DNA of 64,000 nucleotides from Glycera tridactyla (taxonomy: Eukaryota). Below are positions 1-11,230 of this stretch, piece after piece. The position numbers and the translations under genes are program-made. Position 1 is the stretch's first letter. Each line of letters opens with the position of its first letter. Location: contig OZ286468.1 in NCBI GenBank assembly GCA_965644265.1, positions 4,030,001 through 4,094,000 on the forward strand. Reading direction: 5' to 3'. The notes beneath the pieces were generated by a model that worked only from the letters and a program-made list of their open reading frames with translations, made no database searches and was not told the origin of the DNA.

Positions 1-653
1 TGATGGCATTGAAGGGCAGAGGAAGACTAGCTTTGTTCTACCTGTGTGTTAGCATCCTCATACATCATGATGAGGGAGGCTGCTACCCGCATCTCACGCT
101 GCATTCACCTACATACCTGCAATCACACACAAAACACACCAACATTAGTCAACACAGAACAGTAACCACAAACATGAACATTAGCAACATCCTTAAATAC
201 GTCCAGCAATCCACGGATTCCACTGGAAATTCGACTGAAAGAAAGTATTGCTCATATTAGGTGTGGAAATTGGAATCTTCAAGATGAGCCAGTTTCCATG
301 GTAATGAGCGATGAATTTATAAGATGAAATAAGTTATCAACCATAAAATTCCCCGCAAATATTACAAGTGCTTCTGAAGTCTGACAGTGTGGTTTGACAG
401 TTCCGGTTTGACAGCGCACACACATCCGGTCTGTCAAGGTCAGGAGGAATGTCAAATCAAACATCTCTAGTAGAGCTCACGTGACACGCCTTATCAAAAT
501 TCAACTGAGGTCAAACGCGCAACCTTATCAGAGAGGTTACATAGAGAGGGTGCAATAGGCTCCAGATGTGAAATTTTGGCGATGCTAGCGCCACACTGCG
601 GGCGCTATGAGATGGGTGGTATAATCTGCCCGCTCCACTGCACGTGTGAACAA

Positions 654-1061
654 ATGGATGCCGCTAAAAAGTCTCCTACTGTCAAGAAGCGTGGCAGGAT
701 ATGCCAGGCTATTAACTGTAGCAACTATCAAGGTAGCCGACCTGATATACTATTCTCTCGCTTCCCCAAGTCTGACAAACCTAGGTGAGTGTTTTGTCTT
801 TGTTTTATACAATGTCAGACTGCTCCATGAAGAGTCACCCCTATAATATACACCCCTGTGTTATTCCTTTGGCAAACACATGTTATTCATCAAGCTGACT
901 CTCTCTCTCTCTCACACACATACACACTAACACACGCATATGCTCTGACATGACCTGTCTGAAGAGACCATTCATGCAATCAATGTATATTCAGTCCTTT
1001 GTGATGACCCACTTCAATCAACTACTTTGTAACATCTCCCATACCATCTGGATCAACATAA

Positions 1062-1099
<38 letters not shown>

Positions 1100-4000
1100 T
1101 GTGTGTGTTGGGGTGAGACTGAGTATGATTAGGATCTTACTCCACACTGAAATTGGGGAGGGTTAAAGTTGATATACATTATTGAGTTGATGTGGTGTTA
1201 CACATTTTACCACTCATGCTCAGGGATAAATTCCAGTTTGGTCACTTTTAATTTTGATGAAAAGCTGGTCACTTTTAATTTTGATGAAAAGCCAGATTAT
1301 TTTCCAGTTAATGCACTGTCAAGTGGTTCTTAAAATTTTAGTATCTCTTGCTGCCTTTGATATGGATGGAGCATCGTGGCATAGTATCTAATAAGTTTGG
1401 TATTGAGACATAGCTATTTTGGTTTTGCATCATAGGCGCGATTTGTGGGTCCAGAATTGTCGAAATGAAGCTCTACTCAAGAAGACACCAGAGCAGCTCA
1501 ACAATTTGGTTGTGTGTGCTGATCACTTTACAGAGGACTGCTTTGCTGATCCAAAGAGGTAAGATTTGACCCTATAATGATTTGTAGAAATTTAGCCGAT
1601 AATATCAAATCAACTCCCAGCTTAAATATTCATGGATATCTCATTCTGTACTCATCATTGATGGCTCTTCACTGCCTGTACATTACTGTTTTCTTTACAT
1701 GTATATACGGTCGAACCTCTCTATAAAGACTGCCTTCGGTCGCACCAAAAAGTGGGCTTTATAGGGAGATGGTCTTTATAGAAAGGTCATTTACTGTTGA
1801 AAGTGCTACCACTGCCGCAGCTCAGGGTGGTCTATATAGGGAGGTGGTCTTTAGAGGAGATTCGACTGTATGTAATTTGTGATGTTCCAATGTAGGATGG
1901 ATAGAATCAATAAGGTTTCCCAGTGGTGTCCCAACTTCATAAGTCCACCAGACATCACTGGAATCTTAGCAGCCGTAATTGAGTAGCAATCATCTGGAAG
2001 ATGGTGGCAATCCCAGACTAATTGTAGATTGTTCATTGATAAAAAAGCTCACTCTTGAAGTCAATGTAGAGCAAAGCTTGATCTCCTCAACCAGGCTAAC
2101 AACAGTGGGGATTTCTTTCATTCAGGACTCCACGCACAGTATTTCTGAGTTAGCATACCAATGGTAAAATTCTAATCAACTATCATCACTTTTCTAGGCG
2201 GTCACTAGTGTGGAATGCCGTACCAACGTTAGTGAAATGCCCCAATCCACCACCAGATCGCACACCGAAGCGAAAAGCACCAGCACCCAGGGGTGAACCA
2301 CACATCAAGAAACGAAAAGTCACCATAAGTAAGTGTACCTGGATTGACCCTTGTTGTGCTGAACATTAGTATATTCATTTTTTGGATGCCACTTTTTACT
2401 GCATACTTATGATAGCAAACTGATATCAGATCCTCTTCTTTTCATGAAATTCTATTAATTTTGATTAGTAATTCATCGGGCTTACCTACAGTATTTTTTC
2501 TAAAATAGACACATGGATGAGAATCATCATGCCAGTGAAATGGTTCACAGTATTTAATATCATAAGGTGACAATAGATTATTGAATTACAGTCTCTGCAC
2601 TGTGAGAAAACCCTCCATAACAATATATTTTACTGTGATTGCAGAGAGCCGGTCAACTGATGACAATACAAGATCCATCACTGGAGTCCTTGAAGCATCC
2701 AAGGAAGATGAAGGAGCTGATCGAGCCACTCTCCTAAGAAAAAATCAGAGTTTGAGGGTGAAGGTTTCAAGATTGAAACAAAGGCTACAAAATCGTCTGC
2801 ACAAAAAGACTACAGCTGCCAAGGAAAAGCAGCAACTTATTGGTGCATTGGGCAGATATCTCTCAGGGCCAGCTTTGTCCATCGTCTCAGCCCAGATCCG
2901 ATCGTCTGGTAAGAAGAAGCGATTTGTCCATTGGTCACATAGTGACAAAGCTATGGCACTCTCTTTATTGCACCAAAGTCCAAAAACTTACAAATTGCTT
3001 CAGAAAATTTTCTATCTGCCATCAGTATCGACTTTGAAGCGCAGCATCCAGGGGCTGAATATAAATACTGGTTTGAATTCCAACATCTTGAAGGCACTCG
3101 AAATGAAAGTATCATGTTTTTCCACAGTCGATAAGCTCTGTGTACTTCTTTTTGATGAGATGGCAATAAAAGAGTCACTCACATATGATTGTCATAATGA
3201 TGTCATTGAGGGGTTTGAGGACTTTGGGGATGGCTTGCGAGGGCAGTATATTGCTAACCATGCATGTGTATTCATGGTCAGGGGTTTGATAAAGAAGTGG
3301 AAGCAGCCTCTGATGTATACCCTCTCAAGTGGTCCCATGAAAGTCAATACATTGCATGATTTATTACTTCAGTGTATCAGTAAGCTTCAGAAGATTGGTT
3401 TGATTGTGAAAGTATTTGTTTCTGATCAAGGCAGCAACAACCAGAGTCTTTATAAGAAGCTGGGAGTAAGTGTGGATACACCTTGGTTCACAGTTGATAA
3501 CAGTCACATTTATGCTATGTTTGACCCTCCACATTTACTGAAGAGTGTTCGTAACAATTTAAAAAAGTATGGTTTTCTCATTGAAGAAAATGGTGTCACC
3601 ACTGCTATTCAGTGGCAACATATTGAAGATTTCTTCTCATTTGATTCTTCACTTCCAATTCGCATGGCTCCCAAACTCACTCGTCAACATATTGATCTCC
3701 CACCATTTTCTCCAATGAGGGTAAATCTGGCGGCACAGGTTTTGAGCCACTCAGTAGCTGCTGGTCTCTTGACATTGACACAGTTACAACATCTTGAGCC
3801 GGCAGCAGCAGAAACTGCCAATTTTGTTGAAAGAATGGACAAGCTGTTTAATACATTCAACAGCAGAAGTAATGCAGAGAAGCAAACCTACAGGTCTGCA
3901 ATCACTGCAACCACAGACCACGTCAATTTTCTTAATGAAATGCTTCAATGGTTTCAATATGTGAAGCCCAAATCATTGGAGGAGGGCAGAAAAATACCAC

Positions 4001-4884
4001 GTCTGGCCTGCTTGTCTGGCTGGATGCTATCAATAAAGTCTTTGATTCAACTGTGGGGAGAGGTGTCTCAAAATTATGGTGTGAGTTCTCTACTCACAAA
4101 CCGCCTCAATCAAGACTGCCTAGAAAATCTCTTTTCTGTGATCAGAGGGAAAGGAATTCACCGGGACAATCCCACAGCTGAACAGTTCCGTGCTGCATTC
4201 AAGCAGGTTCTGGTGGATTCTATCTTTCTGGTCAGTAAAGGAGGTAACTGTATGGAGGATACAGACACCTATCTATTGACTCTCAGTCAGTTGGCATCCC
4301 AGCAGCACAAGCTGTCCAGACGTCCACACAATGTGGAGCCCATCAGTGATAGCATCCGAGCTATACTGAATATTCAAAGTGTATTTACGCAGCCTCTGTC
4401 CATTCCAGAAGAGAATATCCTTGTATATATAGCAGGTTACATAGGGAAGAAAGCTTCAAATAAATTATCCTGCAAAGACTGCGTGAGTAAATTATGTGGA
4501 CCAATCCCTTCCAATGATATCAATCATACGTTTATCAATAATAAACAGTATGATCATTTGTCAGAAGGTAAAGGACTGTTCAGACCAAGTGATTTCCTCA
4601 TTGAGGTGGTTGATGAAATGGAAATCATTTTTCGGAGACTGCTCCCTCATGTCATTTACATGGTCAATGTTCTTCTGAGGCTAACAAATGAAATGGTGAA
4701 AAGCAAGTGCATCAGCCGCATTTTGTGTCACTCTGATCAGTCAACTTGTCTTCATGAAGCTAATTTTGTGATTAAGCTCTTTGCCACAATACGTTTACAC
4801 CATTACCTCAAGGAAGAAAGCCGAGCATGTGCAAGGCAAACAGTTCGCCGCAACAGGAAGATGCTGAAATTGACTCATGTGTAG
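654..4884 (+). CDS. P-element/THAP9-like transposase, spliced: join(654..784,1436..1558,2198..2328,2645..4884), 874 aa
   Basis: All three introns are GT-AG with compatible phases (2,2,1). Exons 1-3 rebuild a THAP zinc finger (CQAINC...FPK...W...CADHF...AVPT). Exon 4 has a coiled coil and the P-type RNase H motifs LLFDEM, SDQGSNN, FDPPHLLKSVRNN and LNQDCLENLFSVIR. No internal stop. The ORF-track start at 2581 is intronic. Confidence 0.93.
1708..1868. mobile_element. MITE, CAGTCGAACC-type TIR, TA TSD (Tc1/mariner-pogo-like), in P-element intron 2
   Basis: TA|CGGTCGAACC...GATTCGACTG|TA. Internal sequence is shared with the copies at 30223, 32492, 57102 and 57301. Confidence 0.8.
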
Positions 4885-5350
4885 AGTATTAATCAAGAAA
4901 GATAAAAGTTTCAGTATGTTCCTCAATTGCTGACATGTTTCAATTGAACTTTCTTCACATGTACCAGTATCTACAAGTCAGTGAAGTCAGTGATGCAGCC
5001 TTGCCCCGAGATAGTGACACTGCCCCTGTCCTGACATCCTGATTGATCAATAGTATTTGCAATATACTTTTAGACTTTTAAGACTTGAATATTCATCACA
5101 TCTTAGATAGACAATAGCTTAATACATGCACTTGCCTTTCACCATTATTGTAATATCCCTTGATATTTTGTCCTTAAAGGAAAATGTCATATGTGAACTA
5201 TGATAATTGAGAGTATTATTGACATATTTGTGCTTAATACTATGGGTACACCAATACTTGACCATCTTAGTGCCAAAATCCACCAAAAGTACCACTTAAC
5301 TAGCACAATTCTATTTATCTAGTATTGTTGCAACAAACTCTAAACTGTTA

Positions 5351-5522
5351 CAGTGAAAGCTGCGACAAGACCCCTCAACGAGAGACCACCTGCGAAGGGA
5401 AACCACTTTTTCAGGGCAGCTCTTTTATTTACCATAGTCAAATATACCTACAATGAGACACCTCTTCTAAGAGAACACTTTTTGGTGACATTTAGGGCAG
5501 TCTCTAGTTGCAGGTTTCACTG
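5351..5522. mobile_element. MITE, CAGTGAAACC-type TIR, TA TSD, in the P-element 3' region
   Basis: TA|CAGTGAAAGC...CAGGTTTCACTG|TA. Related to the copies at 53414, 55413 and 59251 (GAGAGACCACC subterminal motifs). Confidence 0.78.
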
Positions 5523-6023
5523 TAGCCACATGAGTATCAATTCTTTGTACACTGTATATATGTTGTATTTTTGTATTTGCACTCTTAAGGGTATGACATA
5601 CCTGGCCGAAGTATAAATAAAGATTCTTCAAATCAAATCAATGGATTATTTCCATGATGAAACTTTGCATATTGATGACAATTGGTACATTCCATGTTGA
5701 CACGCAAACCTGTCCGAGGCAGCCACAGGTGATATGATAATTTTTCTTTTGATACTTGTGACCTTCAAGTAAAACCAGCATTATAGATCAGCTGTATTGA
5801 GATACCATGGGTCTTCAGAGACAATTTATCACAGTATGAAAGGTGGCTGCTGTGAACAGGTTTCACTGTGCTGTAGATTATTTGCTTGAATGAATCCTGT
5901 TGACTTTACCACTGTATTCTAATAATAAATAATCCTTTCCAAGAAGATTTGCCTGGTATTTTTCCGTGAGTAAGAGATGAATGACAGGGCTTGAGGGAGA
6001 GAAAGAGGGGGTGGGGCAGAAAA

Positions 6024-6025
<2 letters not shown>

Positions 6026-6108
<83 letters not shown>
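6026..6108. repeat. (GACA)n microsatellite
   Basis: Direct reading. Confidence 0.95.
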
Positions 6109-6380
6109 GGTGTGTGCAGTGTGTGTAAAGAATGTTTTGATACTTTGATATGTATCTGCATGTCGAACACATGTACTGGTTTCCTGGAGACGCGCCCTAC
6201 TTTAGGAGGGGAGGGTAGCAGCAGGAGGCTCATAGCGGTCGCTAGATGGCCGGCAACTCGGGCTGTTACATAGCGCGAGATAGAATTGCACTCTCTCGTT
6301 CAACCCTCTCTGACCTTATTCCCGAAACAATCTCAGCGATCCCGGATTCGGGAAATTCGCATAAAGTGGGATGGGGTTGT

Positions 6381-6644
6381 TGATTCAGTTGTTATACGAT
6401 GGGGGGGGGGGGGGGGGTTAAGATGTGGATGAGATGTGTTCTGGGAGAGTCTGATTCAGTTGTTATACGATGTGGGAGGGGTTAAGATGTGGATGAGATG
6501 TGTTCTGGGAGAGTCTGATTCAGTTGTTATACGATGTGGGAGGGGTTAAGATGTGGATGAGATGTGTTCTGGGAGAGTCTGATTCAGTTGTTATACGATG
6601 TGGGAGGGGTTAAGATGTGGATGAGATGTGTTCTGGAAGAGTCT
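6381..6644. repeat. Tandem minisatellite, 4 x ~64 bp
   Basis: Unit TGATTCAGTTGTTATACGATGTGGGAGGGGTTAAGATGTGGATGAGATGTGTTCTGGGAGAGTC starts at 6381, 6452, 6516 and 6580. Confidence 0.92.
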
Positions 6645-6777
6645 GCACCCAGATCACTGAATGGATAATTCAGACAGACAGATAGACGGGCAGACAAGAC
6701 AGGTCACTCGCCTGCAGCGGTCATCGTTTTTCACCCATCATCTACTAGCAAGGCTATACTGTCATCGTGAATCTGAA

Positions 6778-6794
6778 TAGCGCCCTCTGCTGAC
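6778..6794 (-). promoter_or_regulatory. CTCF-like binding motif
   Basis: Minus strand reads GTCAGCAGAGGGCGCTA, close to the CTCF core CCASYAGRKGGCRS. Motif match only. Confidence 0.4.
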
Positions 6795-6887
6795 GTTTTT
6801 TCGAGTCAACTAGATGAAATATTACGTGACACTCGGGAATATTCAATGTTATTGGCACCTCTAACATAGCCAGCTGGATTGAGAGCC

Positions 6888-7185
6888 CACTGCCACCACC
6901 AGCACTGCCGCCACCGACGCCGCTGCTACTGCCACCACCACCAACGCCACTACCGCCACCATCACTACCATTGCTGGTGGTGCAGACAAAACCGCCACAA
7001 CCACCAACACTGCCTTCAATGCCGCTGCCACTACCATGACCACCACTACCACTAATGGAAGCACCACCTCAAGCACTACCACATTCGCCACCACCACCTC
7101 TACAATTGATGGAAGTGCCGAAAGAACCACCATCAACACCACTGCACCGACAGCCACCAAAATCACCATCACCACAGCCACATTG
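6888..7185. repeat. Degenerate (ACC/GCC)n trinucleotide low-complexity tract
   Basis: Runs of ccaccacca/gccgcc that generate the Thr-rich and Val-rich spurious ORFs. Confidence 0.8.
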
Positions 7186-10098
7186 ACCGAACGACCACAG
7201 GTTGCCGATTCTTGGCGATGTCCACTTTCCAAGACTAAATGTAATTTTGACGGAAGATGGACATGGAGCCTAATTTTGATTTTATTTTTCAAACTCCGAA
7301 TGTTTATGAAGTTAGCTAGATGGTTTGTGGGTGAGGCATGCGGGTGGCTTGTACGTGTTTAGCAGGTGAGCGATAATAGATGTACCTGCATGGACGATAA
7401 TAGGTGCACAACACACGGGTGATAATAGGTGCACCTGCCTGCACGACCATCACCCCTGAGTCATGCCCCCGCTCATCAAAGGCGCTGCCGAAACAGGACA
7501 TTATTTTTATTTTTCCGAGAAATTGACAATGATTTGACCGACGTGATGAATGTGAATTTAAAACGTTATTTGAACTGTTGTGAAACACGCGTNNNNNNNN
7601 NNNNNNNNNNNNNNNNNNNNNNNNNNNNNNNNNNNNNNNNNNNNNNNNNNNNNNNNNNNNNNNNNNNNNNNNNNNNNNNNNNNNNNNNNNNNNNNNNNNN
7701 NNNNNNNNNNNNNNNNNNNNNNNNNNNNNNNNNNNNNNNNNNNNNNNNNNNNNNNNNNNNNNNNNNNNNNNNNNNNNNNNNNNNNNNNNNNNNNNNNNNN
7801 NNNNNNNNNNNNNNNNNNNNNNNNNNNNNNNNNNNNNNATGGGTGGATGGATGACGACATTATAACAAGTAGAACATCGAACTTTCACATGACAGCATCG
7901 ACAGATTTCAATTTCAATCCTTATTGAAGAGACTCCATTTTGTTGATCTGGGAGATAAGGGTGAGAGTATTGGATAGACAGCTGATCTACATATGAGACA
8001 AATGCTTCAGAATAGGAGACAAAGGACGCAGCGAATGACTAATGGTGGAGAACAATGACGTGTCAAATTTGGAGACTGGAGGTTGGGCGGAGATCATATG
8101 ATGACTGGAGCCTACTGACTAAAGGGAGAATGATCCGAATCGATTGATGTTCTGTCGCTTTTTGTGCTTAAATAATGTTCAACCATGATTGCATGATCAC
8201 ACCGCCGCCATTACCCTCTCCCTCACCATCGCTAACCAAATATGGCCAGGCTTCGGGTCAGGCATGCTCACACCTTCTCTACAGGTTGTCTCCCAAAACT
8301 ATAATTCGTTTGATATGAAGAGACTTGCATATCCATTGAAATCCGATGGAGACTGGTCCTTAAAGTGAACAGACTATAGAATTCAGAGATTGGTGAGGTC
8401 AATGAGGTTGTCCACTTCGAAAACTTCTAAGACCGAATGTAATTTTGATGGAAATGGAGCTAACGTTTGGGTGGACAGTGTATGATTGGATAACATTGTG
8501 GATGTCAGAGGAGAGCAAAAACTGCACAAAGCTTCTGTGGTTTATACAGATGTTTTTAAGATCCTGCTCAACGTTGTATAAACGTTCAAGCCATTTCGAA
8601 ATGTATAGCTTCACAGGGTTACCATTTCACTGGAGTCTACAAGTGGAAACTTAGAACAAATAGGCTGGGTCCAATGTTCAGACGAGTGAAATGGATCTCC
8701 ACATCCGGGAACTCCCATCCTCCTTCAGACCACAGAATTTGACACCCCTCCCGTGCGGTTTATAACCCTTCTCATTGAATTCATTCAAGAGTACAATTCA
8801 CTTCTTGGTATTTGCCCTCAGTGTACTCGCCTATTAGATGCAACAAAACGCCAGACACAGCAAGATATTGCGATATCAAGAAACCAACCGAGATCGAATT
8901 GATACGAAATGAGAAGTGTGTGGCGTTATCAGGTTCATGACGAAACTGACAGTATGAAATACTAGGTTTCGTCCGGGACCTGATAGCGCCAGTCAAATGT
9001 TTCATCCTGCGGTTTTACTGCTGCCCTTGTTCCGGCATCGAATGTGGAACAGCGCCAGAGTGTGTTCACTCTAAAGAAACCAAACCAGCCCTCAGATTCT
9101 AGTGCTGGCCGACCAGAGTAACAGCTCATAGATATAAAGATCTGCAATGGGATGAGACTGCTGCAGACAACAGTGGCGCGCTGGTGATTGGGGCCTCCAG
9201 GACTGGAGCAAAAGACAAGTGTACTTTGATTCAGCTGTCCCTGGCATCAAGCAGCACCTGTGTCAACATCATTATTTCTCGAGCATCTCCCCAGAATACA
9301 GTTACACTAAAAAACTGAGGATGTTTGGGACAAACTCGGTCGATTATTCACTAGCACGTGTCTCGCTTGAATCAGGAGAACAGCCACCTGATTGGATGGT
9401 TTTTTCGTCAGCACTTTCTGAGAGGAGCAGATGTTATTCTGACTCGGGGAACATGGTTTCAAGAAATATGCCACTGGGGCTTCTTGTAATCGGCGAATCA
9501 GGAAAATGGGCATCTTCCCCAAGTCAGCAGAATAGTTCGGTTAACCCAAGTGGTTTTGTGTCCAAGATGGCGGCGAACCTAGTGCTACCGACGGCATCGA
9601 CATGAGACCACAACTGGTACTTCTGTCTCCGGCTGATNNNNNNNNNNNNNNNNNNNNNNNNNNNNNNNNNNNNNNNNNNNNNNNNNNNNNNNNNNNNNNN
9701 NNNNNNNNNNNNNNNNNNNNNNNNNNNNNNNNNNNNNNNNNNNNNNNNNNNNNNNNNNNNNNNNNNNNNNNNNNNNNNNNNNNNNNNNNNNNNNNNNNNN
9801 NNNNNNNNNNNNNNNNNNNNNNNNNNNNNNNNNNNNNNNNNNNNNNNNNNNNNNNNNTCCTTGATTTCAAATGGTCTCTAACTCGGCAGGCATTATCCCA
9901 ATCAATTTCAATTAAAAAAGAGAGCCGTGAGTATCAGTAGCATGACTTTGCGTACTCTTCTTTCCTGAGGTCGGCCAATCTGGCTTCTCACTGTAAATGC
10001 CAGGCTGTGCTGCACCCACGAGACTTACAGAGTCTCACAAGAGAAGGAAATGTCGCAGAGACAAGACATTCACTCCACTAATCAACCCATATAATAAT

Positions 10099-10112
10099 GT
10101 TGCCATGGCAAC
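10099..10112. promoter_or_regulatory. RFX X-box, perfect palindrome
   Basis: GTTGCCATGGCAAC. Confidence 0.45.
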
Positions 10113-10784
10113 CACTATTTTTGTCTACCACATCATCTGGTGTCATTCCAGCACTGGCCTCGTCTCCGTCTGAACGTTCTCGGATATTTTGTATCTCTGG
10201 CGCCCCATATAAGTCCGCTCGGAATCTATGGCAAGCCAGATGTCCTCCTCAGACTTGTCTCAATAGGGGCCTCTCAAGATGGGTCATCACTTGGTGGTCA
10301 TCTGAGATGCGGAGGCTGATGAGATGAGGGATGGTTCTCTGTCAATGATGACTGCCTGGATGCTGACATATACGGGCTCTCCCGCTTGTGGGAGATGTCT
10401 TCAGCTAACGATTTGGCAAAGTAATTAATCAGTTGGGAGGGATGAGGAGGGGGGGGGGGGCGAGTCTCGCTTTGTGCTGAGAAATGTACCCCAGGGGAAT
10501 TATGGCATATGTGATTGCCACGCACACACACACACACACGCACACGCACACGCACACGCACACACACACACACACGTTGTATGTCAGAGCCGTCAGTCCC
10601 ACGACAACATATTGATCCCTCAGTGAGCCGCCATATATACATACGGGTGACGGCTGGAGTGGACACGAGAATAAAGGCTGGCAAAAGTGGACAGCAAATA
10701 ATATGGAGGACAGCAAATAATATGGAGGCCAGCAGTGAAAACCAGCAGTGGAAACCAGCGAGCAGGTCAGCCATCCAGCAGGAT

Positions 10785-11006
10785 CAGGGCTCTACGCTAA
10801 TGGTTGCCCTACTGGCACAGGCAGGCAGATTTCATGTTAGGGCAGGTGATTTTATCAATCTGCCTGCCCTATGGGCAGGTGCCCAATCATTTTTTGGGCT
10901 ATGATTATATGCAGGAGGGCAGGTGAAAATGACAGGGAGGGCAGGTAAAAATATTACTTCACCTGCCCGAAATAGAGCTGAAGAAAAAAGTTAGTGTAGA
11001 GCCCTG
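10785..11006. mobile_element. hAT-like MITE, 222 bp, 16-bp TIR, 5-bp TSD
   Basis: AGGAT|CAGGGCTCTACGCTAA ... TTAGTGTAGAGCCCTG|AGGAT, with one TIR mismatch. Internal GGGCAGGT/ACCTGCCC subterminal repeats; related sequence at ~23440-23630. Confidence 0.8.
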
Positions 11007-11084
11007 AGGATTTCTATTCATGGTAGTGAAATCATTACGTACAAGAAAAGAGACTGTTGGGGCATTCTCCGAATGATAATTGAT

Positions 11085-11230
11085 TGATTGATTGATGTTT
11101 AACAGCATGTATGAACCCAAAGGAATTGTGTTCGCCATGTGTTCCTGGTCAATAAAAGCTATATGTTCTTACCCGGGCAGGCATCACTTACACAAACCCA
11201 GAACACATTTTGATGGGGAATCTGATTTTG
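11085..11230 (-). mobile_element. SINE/LINE-like 3' fragment, family B, (ATCA)n tail
   Basis: (TTGA)n followed by TTTAACAGCATGTATGAACCC...GTGTTCCTGGTCAAT. Similar copies at ~50370-50500 and ~58730-58860. Confidence 0.6.

Larger units (their letters stand above)
529..6312 (+). mobile_element. Full-length P-superfamily DNA transposon (THAP-type), 5784 bp
   Basis: Left end CAGAGAGGTTACATAGAGAGGGTGCAAT (529-556). Reverse complement of right end (6285-6312) is CAGAGAGGGTTGAACGAGAGAGTGCAAT, giving 22/28 identity. Termini are CA...TG, and an identical 7-bp flank ACCTTAT lies at 522-528 and 6313-6319. Encloses a P-type transposase gene. Confidence 0.93.

Noticed and set aside
2581-2644. ORF-track N-terminus MNYSLCTV... 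of the 767-aa ORF
   Set aside because: It lies in intron 3. The acceptor at 2644 joins in frame to the THAP exons.
6381-6644. 64-bp array (and the 40-bp, 53-bp and 107-bp arrays) as CRISPR
   Set aside because: Units are head-to-tail with no unique spacers, there are no cas genes, and the context is eukaryotic.
6861-7362. Thr-rich and Val-rich ORFs as mucin or membrane proteins
   Set aside because: They are products of an ACC/GCC low-complexity tract, with no supporting splice structure.
8150-8800. Penelope-like RT remnant
   Set aside because: Only vague motif resemblance across many stops, which is not enough to call.
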